Assembly: GCF_037042905.1 (NCBI RefSeq)
Contig: NC_087259.1
Coordinates: 30,566,001 to 30,630,000, forward strand
Origin: Lytechinus pictus
Taxonomy: Eukaryota
Reading direction: 5' to 3'
DNA length: 64,000 nucleotides
Position numbers and translations under genes: made by a program. Below the pieces are notes generated by a model. That model searched no databases, was not told the origin of the DNA, and was given only the letters and a program-made list of their open reading frames with translations. Below, in pieces: positions 36,201-50,068 of the stretch (its first letter is position 1; each line of letters opens with the position of its first letter).

Positions 36201-39200
36201 CATTCTTTATCTATCTATCTAATATCTATCTCTCAGATTCTCTCTCTCTCTCTCTCTATCTATCCATCTGTCTGTCTTTTTTTTTCTCTCTCTCTATTTC
36301 TCTTTATCCGTCCATATGTACTTCTATCAATCTATCTATCTATCTATCTATAACATCTCTCCATCTCTCAAGTTCTCTCCCCCCCATCTATCTATCTATC
36401 TATCTATCTATCCATCTCTCTGTCTTTCTCTCTCTCTCTCTACTTCTATCTATCTATCTATGTCTCTATCTATTTATCAGTCTTATATCTATCTTTCGGC
36501 ATCTAAGTGTATCAATCCATCAAACTTCAATTTTCTTTCCGATTGTATGTATCTGTTTATTTTTATTTTGTCTGTCATTAATAATAATAATAATAATAGT
36601 GGTATATTTACCCAGGGTAGCCGCTTCAGTTCCGAAGACTGTTCTCCCAGCGGGCCCTGCTATTATTACTCCGGCTTTAGCTGGGCTGCCTAGGCGCTCA
36701 AGCATTCTATTCATTTAGTTAATAATTCATATTAAAAAAAAAACTTTTTCTTAACTTTTCATAAAAAAACCTAACTGCAAAAGCATGTTCGGATTTCACT
36801 CATATGACTGCTCTCTGTACATGAAATGCTCTGATCAGTAACTGTGCAGATTGCATGCGGTGGTGTGGGACTCACCTGTGTCGCACGCTGCAACCAGCGA
36901 CGTGTGTAGACTCTTCACTAGTCGCTTTGTGGCTATTTTTGCGGAAAATGCCTTCGCCAGGGTGTAAAACGGAAACGCGCGGCCTGGGCTTGGCTTGGGC
37001 ACTCATTCATTTCAATGACAATGAACAAGGTTATGGGCTTGGTCCAATCAGAATCCAGGTTCAATCAGTGGCCATGTGAATTTATACAAGTGAAAGAGTA
37101 GACCAAAAGCTTCAGTCTCTGTTATATTGGTTCCACTGAACTCCATTTTATAAATTAATATTATTGGCTCCACTCACCAATTACTAGCCAGGCGGCTTCT
37201 AGAGAGTAAAAATCATTTACTAACGTAAGGTTACTCTCATACGAAGCCATAGACCCACACAGAGCCAGCCAAAACCTGAAACTTTCACCCCCGAGATTTC
37301 TACTTTCCTTCTAAAAGATCTAGCTCTAAATCATGTACATGGGACAAAACTTCATTTCCGACATTTCTACGCTCTCGTTGTTATTTTTAAAACAAGAATT
37401 CATCAAAAAAATGAAAAAAATATTGTACTTCCCCAACGTTACGCGACGCTCGCGTCCGTAATGTTGGGGAAGTACAATAAGAAACAAGATGGCGGCGTAA
37501 ACATCGGGCAAGTCTCTTCCGTCTTTTCACAATATTTGTTCATTTTTTTGATGAATTCTTGTTTTAAAAATAACAACGAGAGCGTAGAAATGTCGGAAAT
37601 TAAGTTTTATCCCATGTACATGATTTAGAGCTAGATCTTTTAGAAGGAAAGTAGAAATCTCGGGGGTGAAAGTTTCAGGTTTTGGCTGGCTCTGTGTGGG
37701 TCTATGAGATAGAAGGCCTGGCTTCGTATGAGAGTAACCTTACGTTAGTAAATGATTTTTACTCTCTAGAAGCCGCCTGGCTACCAATTACAGAGACCGA
37801 AGTTTTAACTCGATCTGTACAGGGACTCAAAAGACAATGGCCATATGTTTATGTATTAAGTTCAGATAAACCAGGTCCAGGGAGTGGGAGTTGCGCGACA
37901 GCCGAAGTAGTAAGTCACTGTTTTTTTGTTTTTTTTCCCCGTTTTGGTGCATTTCAGGCCAAAACAATAATAATCTTGATTTTGGTCCAGTTATTTTAAT
38001 ATATTTTTATGAATTAAAGACAAAAATTGATGAGCCCCGTCGGGGGGATTTTGCATTGTGAACCCCCTAATGGCGGCTGCACGATAGCAAGCTGTCTGTG
38101 TACGAGGAGAAATTTTTAAAAAATGTTTAAAAACTCCTCGAAACAGACGGCTGCCAGGGGCCCGTTTCTCAACACCGTCATAAGTCTAACTTCTTGACTA
38201 AATTCGAGATAGTGAGCTACTTGTCCACTACCGTTTCACGAAGCCCTCTTTACCAAGATCGGGTACAACAACCTCACTAAATATTTATGACACCTCCGAA
38301 CCTGTCATAACTTCTTTCTTAATGACGTACTTGGCATCACGTGGGTAGACTATGACATGCAAAAGTGCCTAGAAATTTTAAAATTATAATCTTACGTAAT
38401 CAATCATAGAGGTTGAAATTACATCACAAAACAAGTGGGTTAATGCATTCAATGATAATCGTAATACAAAGAAACTATAAAAACTTGGTAAAACGCCACA
38501 AACCCATTCATTTTGAAATAGTAAAATGATTTAATTGATAAAGATTCTACCACATCAGGCCATCCATAACTGAACTCGTATTTGTTGTTCTCAGACCCCT
38601 ATTAACAGTTGGATAAATTCTATCTCTAATTTATGCACATAATTTGTCAAATATCGTATATTTCGGTATCAATGATTAAAAATGTTTCGTTAAACTGTAT
38701 TTTGATGACGTTTGGAATCGTAAAAGACCGTATAATTATCATCATTTTACAAAGAAAACCATTGTGGTTTACTTTCGTAAACTATTAAAATTGGATATCC
38801 CGGGGGTACCCATCTCAACGTCCACAAGTGATTTTTTAGTCATGAAATTAATTATTCATAATTTGATTTTCTCTGCAATTGAATGCTCCAGTCTTCATGG
38901 TCTAAGTATGTATGATGCATAATTCACCTGTGCTATTATTTTGAAAAGATTTATTTCCCAATTCATCACAATATTTGCAATATTGTCATAATTTTTCTTT
39001 TTGAAAATTATGCTATTTTGTGACTAAGGCTACGTCTCGTCTGCTCTTTTTACCGATAGTATCGATATCAAGGTATTCTACTTAGGAAGCCTTTCGAGAA
39101 ACATGTTTAGTAAGATTGGAACTAACTCCATGGTTGGTGGATAAAGATATGACTAACTTGTCCATGTGTTGAGAAACGGGCCCCAGCTGTCTAGTGAAAG

Positions 39201-42200
39201 AGATGCCTGGCACTTGCTATACCAAATGCTTCAGTCTCTGTATTTGGTTGTTCCGCTGAACTGCGTTGCCGTTGACTGCACTCACCAATAGTACACAGAC
39301 TGAATTGTTTTTGGCCCGTTTGTATAAGCAGTAGGCCTAACGTTAGATCTAACTTTCGGCAGAAACCCAATTTTCGGATCGATTTTTTGTAAATTGAAAT
39401 GTCTCAAAAAAGAAATTAGGTCTACATCCAACTTGACAAGAAAATATATAAGATTCAGAAATATTGTACCTTAGGCCGCAGTTACTGGTTATTCCTTTCA
39501 AATGGATGCGAGAATTTTTGACAGGAAGGGTTCACCATGTACAAGTAAACAGAGAACTATCTCCATGGTCTCCAGTATCAAGCGGAATACCACAAGGGAG
39601 CGTTCTCGGACCTGTTCTCTTCCTAGTCTTTATCAATGATCTATCATCTGCTGTCAACAAGAGTAATGTTGCTTTATTTGCCGACGATACCAAACTTTAC
39701 AATATAGTGAGTGACTTATCAGAGATCAAAGATCTTCAAGAGGACCTGGATAGACTACAATTATGGTCAGAGAAATGGCAGTTACCGTTCAATAGCAGTA
39801 AATGTAAAGTCCTACACATTGGAAGGAATAATCCAGAAGCAAAATTTTATATGCTGGAACAAGAAGTGAAGTCAGTAGCTGCTGAAAAGGATCTTGGGGT
39901 AACAGTCGATAACCAATTGAAATTTCATCAGCATGTGTCTCTAGCTGTATCAACTGCTGGAATTGTAAAGAGAACTTTCACTCATCTAAACAAATCTACC
40001 TTGCCAATTCTCTTCAAGACGTTAATTAGGCCTCATCTGGAATATGGGAGCGTCATCTAGAACGGTAGATTTACAGAACATGCCAAGAAGGTTGAGAGAG
40101 TACAGAGGCGAGCAACAAAACTAGTGAAGGATTTGAGAGACTTACCATATGAAAGGAGACTCAGGGAACTTAACATGTACTTACTCTATTATAGGAGGAG
40201 AGGAGATATATGATAATGGTCCACCAGATTATGCATGGATTGGTCAACATTTCTCCAGACCATTTCTTCTCCAAGTCTGGTAGTAACTCTACAAGAGGTC
40301 ACTCCATGAAATTATTGAAATCCCATAGCAAACTGGATGTGAGAAATAAGTCTTTCAGTAGAAGAGTAATCAATGACTGGAATAGTCTTCCTGAAAACCT
40401 AATACAAATGCCAACAACAGACAAACTTAAAAGAAATATTGATATATTTTGGCAAAATAAGCACTGAGCTTCCATGACTCCTCACGCAAGCTCATGAAGT
40501 AGTAGTTTTCAGTGATCAATCCTACAAGAAGCGACCAGGAGTTACAGGCTCGCGCCTTTATCCCGTACCAGATGATGATGATCAGAACAAATTCATCCTC
40601 GATCCTTTCTTTGGTCATCGTAAGTTGCCATCTTGGATGACGTCATCGTCCTTACAGACGTCTTTGCTAGTCGCCACATATCGCGATTCGTGCCGCTGCG
40701 TTGTGCTTGTCTATGTGCGTGCGTTAGAACTTGTCGCTCGCATTGATTCTAATAAAAAAGCCTTCACAAAAGCCTTACTCAACGAACGTAGAGGGCAGCA
40801 ACACAAGTCTGCCAGTTTTTCCTCTCCAGCAAAAAAATTTGAAAAATAAGGAATAAATCATCGATTAAGTATATTTTCTGTATTTTTTACTCTAATATGT
40901 AGTATCAAAATAAAGCGTAGAGTTTAAAGAAAAATGTGGGCCATCGTTAAAGATGATATTATGTCATTTAGACCTAAACAAATAAATAAAAATCTAGACA
41001 AAACACTATAGGCCCGAATTGGGCAACATGATTACACATGCAAGCTCGCACTAACACACTACCGTCGATGAATGGGGATGATAGTAAAATTATTGAATAA
41101 ATCCCCAGAAACAACGGTTATTCCTGTCTAGGCTCTTGCTTGCTATTTAGGCCTAGTTAGGATCTACATCGCAAAAACCTTAATGATTAATCTAAATGTT
41201 ATTGTAAAAAGCCGGTATAACATTGTAACAACAATGTGACTTTTTTGTTGTTGACAAAATGATTTAAAAATATGAATTTTCTTTGTGAAATGCTAAGTTA
41301 GACCAAAGGTTTTTCACGGAACCAAAAATGTTTGCCATTACTGCACCATTTTTGCTTTTGTCATGGAAAACAATTGCACAATTGTTTGGCTGATTTGGGT
41401 ATTACTAATATACCAGAAGGATGTATTTTTAAAGCACTTTACAGAGATGCAGGAATGAAAATTGTTGTTTGATTTTAAACCATTGTTTGAGGGAGTATTT
41501 AAAACAAAAATCATCTACTGATCATTTGTTTTATTAAATACATGTAGGTGTTGGTGAGAGGTGACACAGTCTCTGCAGATCAGTTGTTGAAGAAGGTTGC
41601 TAAAGCTCTTGGTAAGTATTAGTAATTCCAATGTGTCTAGGATTATAAAGGAACAAGCCAGCTTGTGTGAAAACAGAAACATTGAATAGGGAATGAGATC
41701 AATGAAAGTTTTGGAATAATTGTACAAACAATAAAGAAGTTGTGAGCATTTGACCTCAAGATCACTAAGTAATGCCGTTGAGATCCTTGTATATCTATTT
41801 ATTTATATTTTCCTTACACAGGGTGGTCTATTCAATATTCAGAACATAAATGTTTTCCGAGAGAGCACTGTATACATACAAAAATCATGATACAGTAATG
41901 AACAGTGAAAGTAATAGAATAGAATTCAGTTGAAAAAAAAATAACATGCTATGTAAAAAAAAGGAAATTAAAAATCAAATGTGTAGTACACATTCATAAA
42001 AATTTAACAATACATTATATTGATAGATATACATTGAGTGATCAAAAAGTGATTACATTTAAACTGAAAGAGATGATAATATGAAAATAAAGACGTATGA
42101 AATAAACTGAGATACAAACAATCAAACAATAGTAGAATATATTTATACAAATAAAATAACAATTAGTTAATTAAAGGGATGCTCCAGGCTGAAGATATTT

Positions 42201-45200
42201 ATATCTAAATACATAGAGTAAAATTCATGGTGCAAAATGCTGTAAATTTCATCAAAATTGGATAACAAATAACAAAGTTTATATTGAATTTTAAAGTTTA
42301 GCAATATTTTATGAAAACAGTTATATGCATTTCGTCATGAATATTCATTAAGTGGGCTGATGATGTCACATCCCCACATTCATTTTTCTTATGTTATTAC
42401 ATTGAAATCATAATTGTTTCATTTTATTCATACATGTGTAAATGATGTGTCTCCATTATAGGTTGCAGCAATAAATAACTAATGCACTTAATCAGTTGAC
42501 AATCCAATTGTTTTAGTTCTTGGTAGAAAAAATATGAATAAACCTAATTTCATATAATAAAATACAAAAGAACAAGTAGGGATATCACACCAGCCCACCT
42601 AATGTTCACCGGAATAATGCAAATCTCTAAAATTCAATTACTTCGTTATTTGTTATCCAAATTTTCAGTATTTTGCTCTGTGAATTTTACTTTATTTATT
42701 GAAATATGAATATCTTCAGTCTGGAGCATCCCTTTAAAGAAGAGACTATATTGCACAAAGCAATTGGCAATGCAACCAAGGTTCATAGTATCACACATGT
42801 GCAACTTTCCCCTTTGGACAGGGGAAATATACCTCAAGATATCTAGTTTTGCTCAGTCTAATGACAGTACAAACTCTTTATCCTTGATATATTTTGTGAA
42901 ACCTACATATCATAAGAGTTGGAAACTTGATCCACAGATAGACTTGATACAAGTAATGTATGTGTACAAAAGTAATCAGTTCAGTTCAATTTCATTTATT
43001 TCCAATTAAAAATCACAATATAAAAATTCATAAAAGTACATAATCGAGTAAATGTAAACCATATTCATGTACATGTATTACAAAAGTCTTCCACATAAAA
43101 TATATATGTATACAATAAGTTAACATTTTAAACAGAGGAAATAGGGAAATTATAAAAACCCCAAAATAGAGTTTGTCAAGATAACCTCCCTTTAAAGAAT
43201 TAGATAAAATATAATTAACAAAATAAGATATAAGAAACTTATTTGCCCACAATAAAACACAAGATCAAACAATAAAGGGGAACAAAACAAAAAAAAAAAA
43301 AAAAAAAACCAAACAAACCCTACACAAAGGTAAAAGGTGGAAAATAAATCTACACAAGTTGAAGATTGATTAGATGCTGCTTTATACTTATTTTAAATGC
43401 ATTATAATTATTTATTGATGCTATATTACTTGGCAGGTCGTTCCAAACTGTTGGTGCTTTATGACTGAATGAAAATAAAAGATAGGATTTTTCGACTGCC
43501 CATAAATGATATTTATTTTTATTCCTTGTATTATAGTTATGTACTGACATATTTAATGAAAGCATATTATTAAGTAAACAAGGTAAAAACCCAATTTTAT
43601 GTTTGAAACATAAAATCAAGATGCAATATCTATTCAACTGATAAATGTCAAGAATTTTGAGTGATCCGAACAGAGGCCTACTATGGGCATAATATGAATT
43701 CAAAGAACATATTCTAACAGCTTTCTTTTGTAATAAGAAAAGGGACTTCAACTTAGATTTGTAAGTGTTTGCCCAAACAGTATTACAGTAAGTCAAAAAT
43801 GGTAAAATAAATGGTTAGTGTCACCATAGCATTAGTGATTTAAAAATACAGATGCTCATAACTTTCCTATTAACATTTTCTTAGGTTACAAGGGATTCAT
43901 TCTAATTTTAGTTGATTGTATGAATGTTCAGACAGAGTGACAATATTGGATCAGGATAGGATGGGGTGTTGGGGGAGGGGGGTTCCAAACCAGATGGAGG
44001 GACTCTGGGGAAGTGTCCAGACTCTTTATTTAATTGATTATGCATTCTACCCCCCCCCCTTTTTTTTTTTTATTAATCTTGCATCTATGAATGTTATCAA
44101 ATTTTAGATATGAAGATGGTTGGTATGAAGAACTTTGGTATTTTTGAAGGACTACACACGCCTATCAAGAAATTCAAATGTTCAGATAAGGTCAAGACAA
44201 GTTCAAAAGGTGAGTTTCCATTGATAATGAGTCATATTGCAGTTTAAAAAGTTCATTAGGGCAATAGACAATTTTGCCCTTATCACATTCAAGAGCACCC
44301 CTTAAATTTCCAAAATAGAATGCTTTTGGGTAACCATCTTCGTTCTCATCTAGAGTTGCCCCAGTTCTCCCACACAATATTCAAGAATATTTAAGAAAAT
44401 CAGTGATGTACATAAGGCAGAAGGACAATGATAACATAATTACATGTTGAGGAAAAATAGGCCTTCAATTAACAGAAATAGCTCAGAAATTCCAACATTC
44501 GCCCCCATGTGAAAAAAGAATTGCCCATAAAAAAATGAACAAAATAAATATTTCCTACCCTATGTCTTATTAATCTAGTTACAGACGACCAGCGTATTCA
44601 TATGCTGGCAATTTACCACAGAGTGTATATTTCTTGTGAGTTTCAAAGAACCTCCATCAATGGCTCTTTAGCTAGTAGGACGAAATGGTGAGGAAAATGA
44701 ACTGATTGTAGATAAAATGAAAGCACATAGCATTTGTTTAATTGATTATTGATAATAAAAGATAAACTGCAATTGGCCAGCTCCCCCTCCATCCCTTGTG
44801 GGGAATGAATAAAGAAAATTGTTGAAATGAAAATGAATGAATGAAAACATGAAATGCTAAATGATTTAATGAATGAATTAATAGTTTTGCATTCATTAAT
44901 AAGTGAATAGATAAATGAATTTATAAATAGATTTATGTGTTAGAAAATAAATCAAAAGATATTAAAATCTTTAAATAACACACAAAATACTTTGAAAGAT
45001 TATATTTTAGTCTAAGATATCGTTCCTGTTATTTTTCATTTTAGACCAAAAGCTATAAAATGAATGACATTTCCTTTTTATGGCTTTGAATTTTATTGAT
45101 GGTATAATTTTATACAGGACTGAGTCTACAAAAATGGTGCTTTGACCTTCGTAAAGAGAAGAAAGAGATAGTGAAAGATCCGGTAGCGTTGTACTTAACA

Positions 45201-48200
45201 TGTCTCCAAGCCAGATCACAGATTATGCAAGGTAAATTTTATTGCTCAATACTTTATGAGATGAAAGGTTATAAGTTGGGCTATTTGGAGGAAAGTTTCT
45301 GATTTGACAATATTGCTACATGTTGATAAATCATCCTAACCATACATAACACCAATTTTACACTTGTAGACCAGTATACTGAATAAGCCAGTTCGTAGTT
45401 CCTTTCTGCGCATGATCAAAAGATTCTACGCATGATCAGAGGAAGGTCATTTGTACTAAGTGTGACATGGTGGTTTAAAATCTAATGAGATAAGCACCAA
45501 CTTTGATGTCTTGATTATTCATATATTCTTTTGAATTGTGGTTTTCATTTACATCCACAAAAAACAACAATGCATCCACGAACACTGGTATTTCACAGTT
45601 TGCCAAGTACCTTGTGCAACATGCTATGATATGCATTCAAAGTAGGAATGCAACAAATACCTTCATAAAGTGTTCACTGGTGTGCTATTCTAGTCACCTG
45701 GTCTATTCAATTTCTTCATCCTGCTATGTAAGGCAAGCTTACGTAATATCTTGCTTTGAAATCTGCCTATCATAATGAAAGAAATGAAAGGTCATTTGAC
45801 CAAAATTGTACATGAAGTAACTACGAACTGGTCTATTATCTTCAGTCTGTATATTGTTCCCATGCATGAAATTATCAGCTTATCCATTCTCTTGTATATT
45901 TTTAAAGTGATAGTAGAGATCAGAATACATACTGTGCATTATTCATATTTCATATTACTTCTCTCACTTATGATTTATGATTCAACAATTCTTCTTTGTG
46001 TCACATTACCAAATATAAATATTGATCAATTATGGTTTTTTTTTTTAAATCAGCATCTCGGTGTAATGTTTGTATTTAGTGCTACGTATTATGGTGATAT
46101 GTTTGTAATGCTTTTTATTCTGTGGCTGTGATCATCAGTAACAAGTGTTCTTGTTTGTCCCTGCAATGTAAAATTCATTTATTTTGGGGGGCGGGGTTCC
46201 GTCTGTCCTTCTGACCATTTTTATTCTCACGAAATTAACTAAAGAACAGTTTAACAGATCAACTTCAAACTTGGTCCACATATGCATATAGGCCTAGCAA
46301 TGATCTGATTAGTGTTTGCTCTAAATAGTTTGTCACACTTTCTGGACCTCAAGCCTTTCTTTAAATATCTTATCTTTAGATAATTTCTACACTATATGGG
46401 GTGTCAAATAAATTATGTTTCTATTTTGTTTTGATATTCCAGGTATCCTTACTCCAACTCCAGAACAGATGGCAAAACTAGAAGGTAAAGATGCTGAAAA
46501 TAATCATCATTTATATTTAATCTCTAGCTAAAAGTAAAATAACATTCTTCTTTTGGAAACAATACATTTTCTATTTTATTGAAAGAAAAGTACAGATGAA
46601 AGAAGGAGAGAGTCAAAGAGAGAGATAGAGAGGGAGAGCATAGGGGAGTGGGGGACTAAACAGAAGAAAACAAAAATAGGGGAAAAACATTCTTGTAAGG
46701 TAATGCCTTGCTGTAATTATGTTTTTTTTAATGTCACATTTTTATAATCAATGAATGAAATGAATGATTTCTGTTGTTCTTATGCATGTGGTGCAGATAC
46801 AGTATGTAATTCCAGGCCGCATCAAACTTCAAGAAATTATGGTTGAAAATAATAGCTTGGAATCTTCTTTTAAAATTTCTTTCCTAGACCACAACGAACC
46901 AGCCTTCTTGGATTCCACATCGTATCTTTCAGTGTGTCATTGTATGGAAGATTATATGACAGCCTATATTAAGCATTGTGAACTCAAAATAGAGCTCTGC
47001 ATTGGGTCTCTAAAGGTATATAGGAATTATTATTTATATAATATTGACTGGCCTTGAGGGGAACATCAAATATATTGCCCCAAAAAGAATCATATTGGCC
47101 AGAGTCTTTAGACGAGGGCAATATGGCTCTTTTAAAGGCAATATTTTTGATTTTCTCTGAAAGAAGAGCCAGTCAATATTCTTATTAATCATCCAAATCA
47201 CATATCTAAAGAAAAATCATGAAAATGGAGATATTTCTTTTAGAATAAAGTTCTATTGTATCAGGTTTATCAGGGTCTATAGGCTCTGCACTCATAATGA
47301 CGTACTTGTGAGCCTCCGGTTCCAGTGTTGTCTTTATTATGACGTATATTGTTGGTGCGCGGATCATTATGAAGCCTATCTCTTTATACACATCCCCAAA
47401 TGCCCGGATGTGAGACTAGGGAAAATATAAAGGTATATTTTGCGTCGTCTCTGCATGCAAAGTTATTACGCCCATAGAGACCAAGCAAAATGCAAATAAT
47501 ATTCCTATCCCTTCCTGATATTCAGAAAATCTAGGTCAATATGGTTTTGTAAGTGACCAGTTCAGATGTCTGATACGAGTAATAATTTACATTATTGACT
47601 TCACATATTGTGCTAACTTGTGAAAGCTTAATGCTGTAATTTAACTTAATAATCTGAGATATTTCAATGGTTCCATCACCCTACTAAGGAAGCCAATGGA
47701 TAATTGGTGAAACATCTCAACAGAGAGTCGTTACTTCCAGGTTTTCGATTAAAGTGTTTTCATATCAAGCTAAATCATGATCAACAAAAACAGATTTTTC
47801 TATTACCTTTTTGTATTTTATATTTTGGGGGGTATATTTTTACTTTATTTATTTTTATTATTATTTGATTTGATTTTTTTTTTTTTGGGGGGGGGAAGGG
47901 TATTTACAAAAACTTAACTAAATCACAATGGCATTTTTTTATTTCCCTGAGTAAATAATTCTTGGAAATTAGCTGGTATTCATTAACTGCATGGATGGTT
48001 GATGAAAGTGAATATTTTATTATGTTCTTGTGAATATTTAATTGTGTTCATGATTTAACAGTTACCAGTGGGAGCTGTGTTTTCAATACGAGCAAACAAG
48101 AGAGGGATGAGGCTCCAAGCTGAACATAAAGAGTACTTTATCTCATGGAGGAAGATGAAGAGGTGAAAGAATAATTTTTTTAAAGCATGGATAGGTTAGG

Positions 48201-50068
48201 TATATTATTATCTGTCTTCTTGGGTTTGTTTATTTATTGTTACTATTTTTCCAAACAGTGTTCAACTACCTCAGAAATTATTAATTAATTGCATGATCTA
48301 CAAAACCAATTTAACTTCCATGAATAGCATTACACATGTGAGAAAAATGTCACAAAATTCAATTCAATTTAATTTTCTCAGTTTAAAGACAAAAATATGA
48401 ATAATACAGACAAGACATAAATCACAGTATTATACTGAAAGGGTAGCAGCCAAAAAGAAATTAATCTTACCTACGGCCGACCTAATGGTAGAGGTGGTGG
48501 TAAGTCCTGGTAAAAAGTATACATTTTTTTTTCTTTCCAAAAGACGTCGACTACACTGTCAGAGCTGCCAATTAGTACTGATTTTCAGTACTTATTATTA
48601 CTGAAAAATGAGAATACTGAAGGTTTCATGCAAAGTACTGATTTCAAAATTATTAGTTTTATGTGCTGTCCTATGTTATTTTCTTTGAAAGTACTGATTT
48701 CCGAACCAAAATACTGATTTTCAGCTTTTGAAATAATGAAATTTTTGGGTTCATGCTCGCAGCTCCGCACTGTTTCCTTTGAAATAAGGTATGTGAATAC
48801 ATATATCTGTTTGATTTAAACTTCACAATCTTTTCGTTTTAATTTTTGAAAAGTTTTTGTTTCTTGTCAAAAGAAATAAATTAATGATCAATTGTGTGAA
48901 ATTCAGACAATTTGATTTAATTCTACACAGGTGGACAAGGGCTGAGGATGACCTATACGTGACCTATGACCTTTACTCCTGCACCCATGATACTTACAGC
49001 ACCTTGTCGATAGAGACACCCCAAGCACCTTACCTGGTTGCTGTTACCATAGAGATGATCAAAACATTGCAGGTTTGAAATAAAAAAGGCTTCACTTTGG
49101 TTCTCTTAAAACTTTTATTATAAAATAGTTTTTAGTTCTATGTAGAAATTAAAGTGGTTATGTGGTCTAGATTTATCATTTAGTGTTTGATCAACCTATA
49201 AAATAAGTTATAAGATCTTAGTTATTTTCATTACCGTATACAAACTTTAACTTTTCATGTTTGATTTGCGTAGACCTTTTTACCTATTAGTACCAAACTT
49301 ATATAGATATTGTTCCATCTTTATTTTTGAACTGTTGCTGATATTCCTGGCATACAAGACATGGTTTTCAATTATCACAGACTCATTTAATGCCGTTGAA
49401 ACATGGAAATTATAAATATAAAAAACATCAGGGTTAGTGAAAGTCATTTGTTTTGCCTATGGATTTGGTTTGCTTTGCCTATTTTGTTTTCATGTATGTT
49501 ATAAACTTTATAATGTATTGAAACTCAATAAGTTAACTATATTATACTTTGTCATAACATTAAAATCTTACAAAAAAGATGTATGATGGTTATCTATTCA
49601 TTGATTCTTAATGAAATTTTTTTATATGTTAAGTCAGATTTTGCAATCTCTCTCCTTATATCTTTGATAAGGCTCCTTAAACATGGATTATATAGATTGC
49701 GTTTAATATGCAAATATGCAAGGTTGGAATTTTTCTCTATGCTTTAAAGCCCTTTATAATTATAAAAAAGAAATCCATATATGTTTCTGATGTAATCTTT
49801 CATTTTATGTGATAATTAATTCAAATTAAAGTAACAAATATCTTTCTTAGATTTCTCCAACAGTTTTATTCAGCTTTATTCATAGTTATTATTCTTCCAT
49901 TTCCTTGACCAGGGGGAGATGGATGGAGTAATTTTTCAGACGTCTGACCTGAAGATGGACGAGAATGGAGAGGTGGTGGAGTGGAATAATATAACCTTTG
50001 ACCCTGGGCAATTCAAGGCAGAGACTGAAGCAGGAAATAAGTACATTGACCTTTCAACTTTGACATGA
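30284..50068 (+). CDS. N-myristoylated FERM-like protein related to SNX17/SNX27/SNX31 but lacking PX (and PDZ) domains, 324 aa
   Basis: Exons 30284-30409, 41548-41611, 44108-44209, 45118-45231, 46443-46484, 46888-47015, 48062-48162, 48931-49072 and 49913-50068; all GT-AG with compatible phases, 975 nt in total. Translation: MGGSQS...KQISVFTYDENKPEVKVLVRGDTVSADQLLKKVAKALDM..NFGIFE..LSLQKWCFD..DPVALYLTCLQARSQIMQG..YLSVCHCMEDY..IKHC..ISWRKMKRW..LSIETPQAPYLVAVTIEMIKTLQ, following the F1-F2-F3 pattern of SNX-FERM proteins. Confidence 0.82.
31438..34185 (-). mobile_element. 5'-truncated LINE (partial APE endonuclease plus RT; RTE-X/CR1-type, clade uncertain) with (GAA)n tail
   Basis: Uninterrupted ORF 31569-34211 with YRPP, GDLNLP and DHD endonuclease motifs, NYRPISLT, DLSKAFD, GVPQGS and LFADD; 3'UTR ends in GAAGAAGAAGAAG on the minus strand. 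Confidence 0.95.
34690..36495. repeat. Degenerate (CTAT)n/(CT)n simple-repeat region containing an assembly gap (N, 35781-35967)
   Basis: Seen directly in the sequence. Confidence 0.9.
37185..37783. mobile_element. Foldback MITE with ~240-bp TIRs and 8-bp TSD (hAT-like)
   Basis: TAGCCAGGCGGCTTCTAGAGAG ... CTCTCTAGAAGCCGCCTGGCTA; CCAATTAC at 37177-37184 and 37784-37791; inner hairpin 37422-37478. Confidence 0.88.
38158..39183. mobile_element. Non-autonomous Harbinger element
   Basis: TIRs GGGCCCGTTTCTCAACAC; CAG TSD at 38155-38157 and 39184-39186; the paralogous empty site reads GGCTGACAGCTGTCTAG near 21150-21166. Confidence 0.9.
39490..40583 (+). mobile_element. CR1 LINE 3' fragment, decayed
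   Basis: GIPQGSVLGP, LFADDTK, RPHLEYG then a premature TAG, TRGHSMKL and VINDWNSLP; (GAT)n tail near 40571. Confidence 0.9.
42175..42733. mobile_element. Kolobok-like (TTAA) MITE
   Basis: TTAA|AGGGATGCTCCAGGCTGAAGATAT ... ATATCTTCAGTCTGGAGCATCCCT|TTAA. Confidence 0.85.
42985..43810 (-). mobile_element. L2/Crack-type LINE 3' fragment
   Basis: TYCNTVWANT..LFLLQKKAVRI..HSRPLF..HNYNTR..WNDLP; minus-strand AATAAATGAAATTGAACTGAA tail near 42985. Boundaries approximate. Confidence 0.8.

Noticed and set aside
35651-36718. 355-aa ORF and overlapping ORFs
   Set aside because: Translation of (CTAT)n repeats and Ns.
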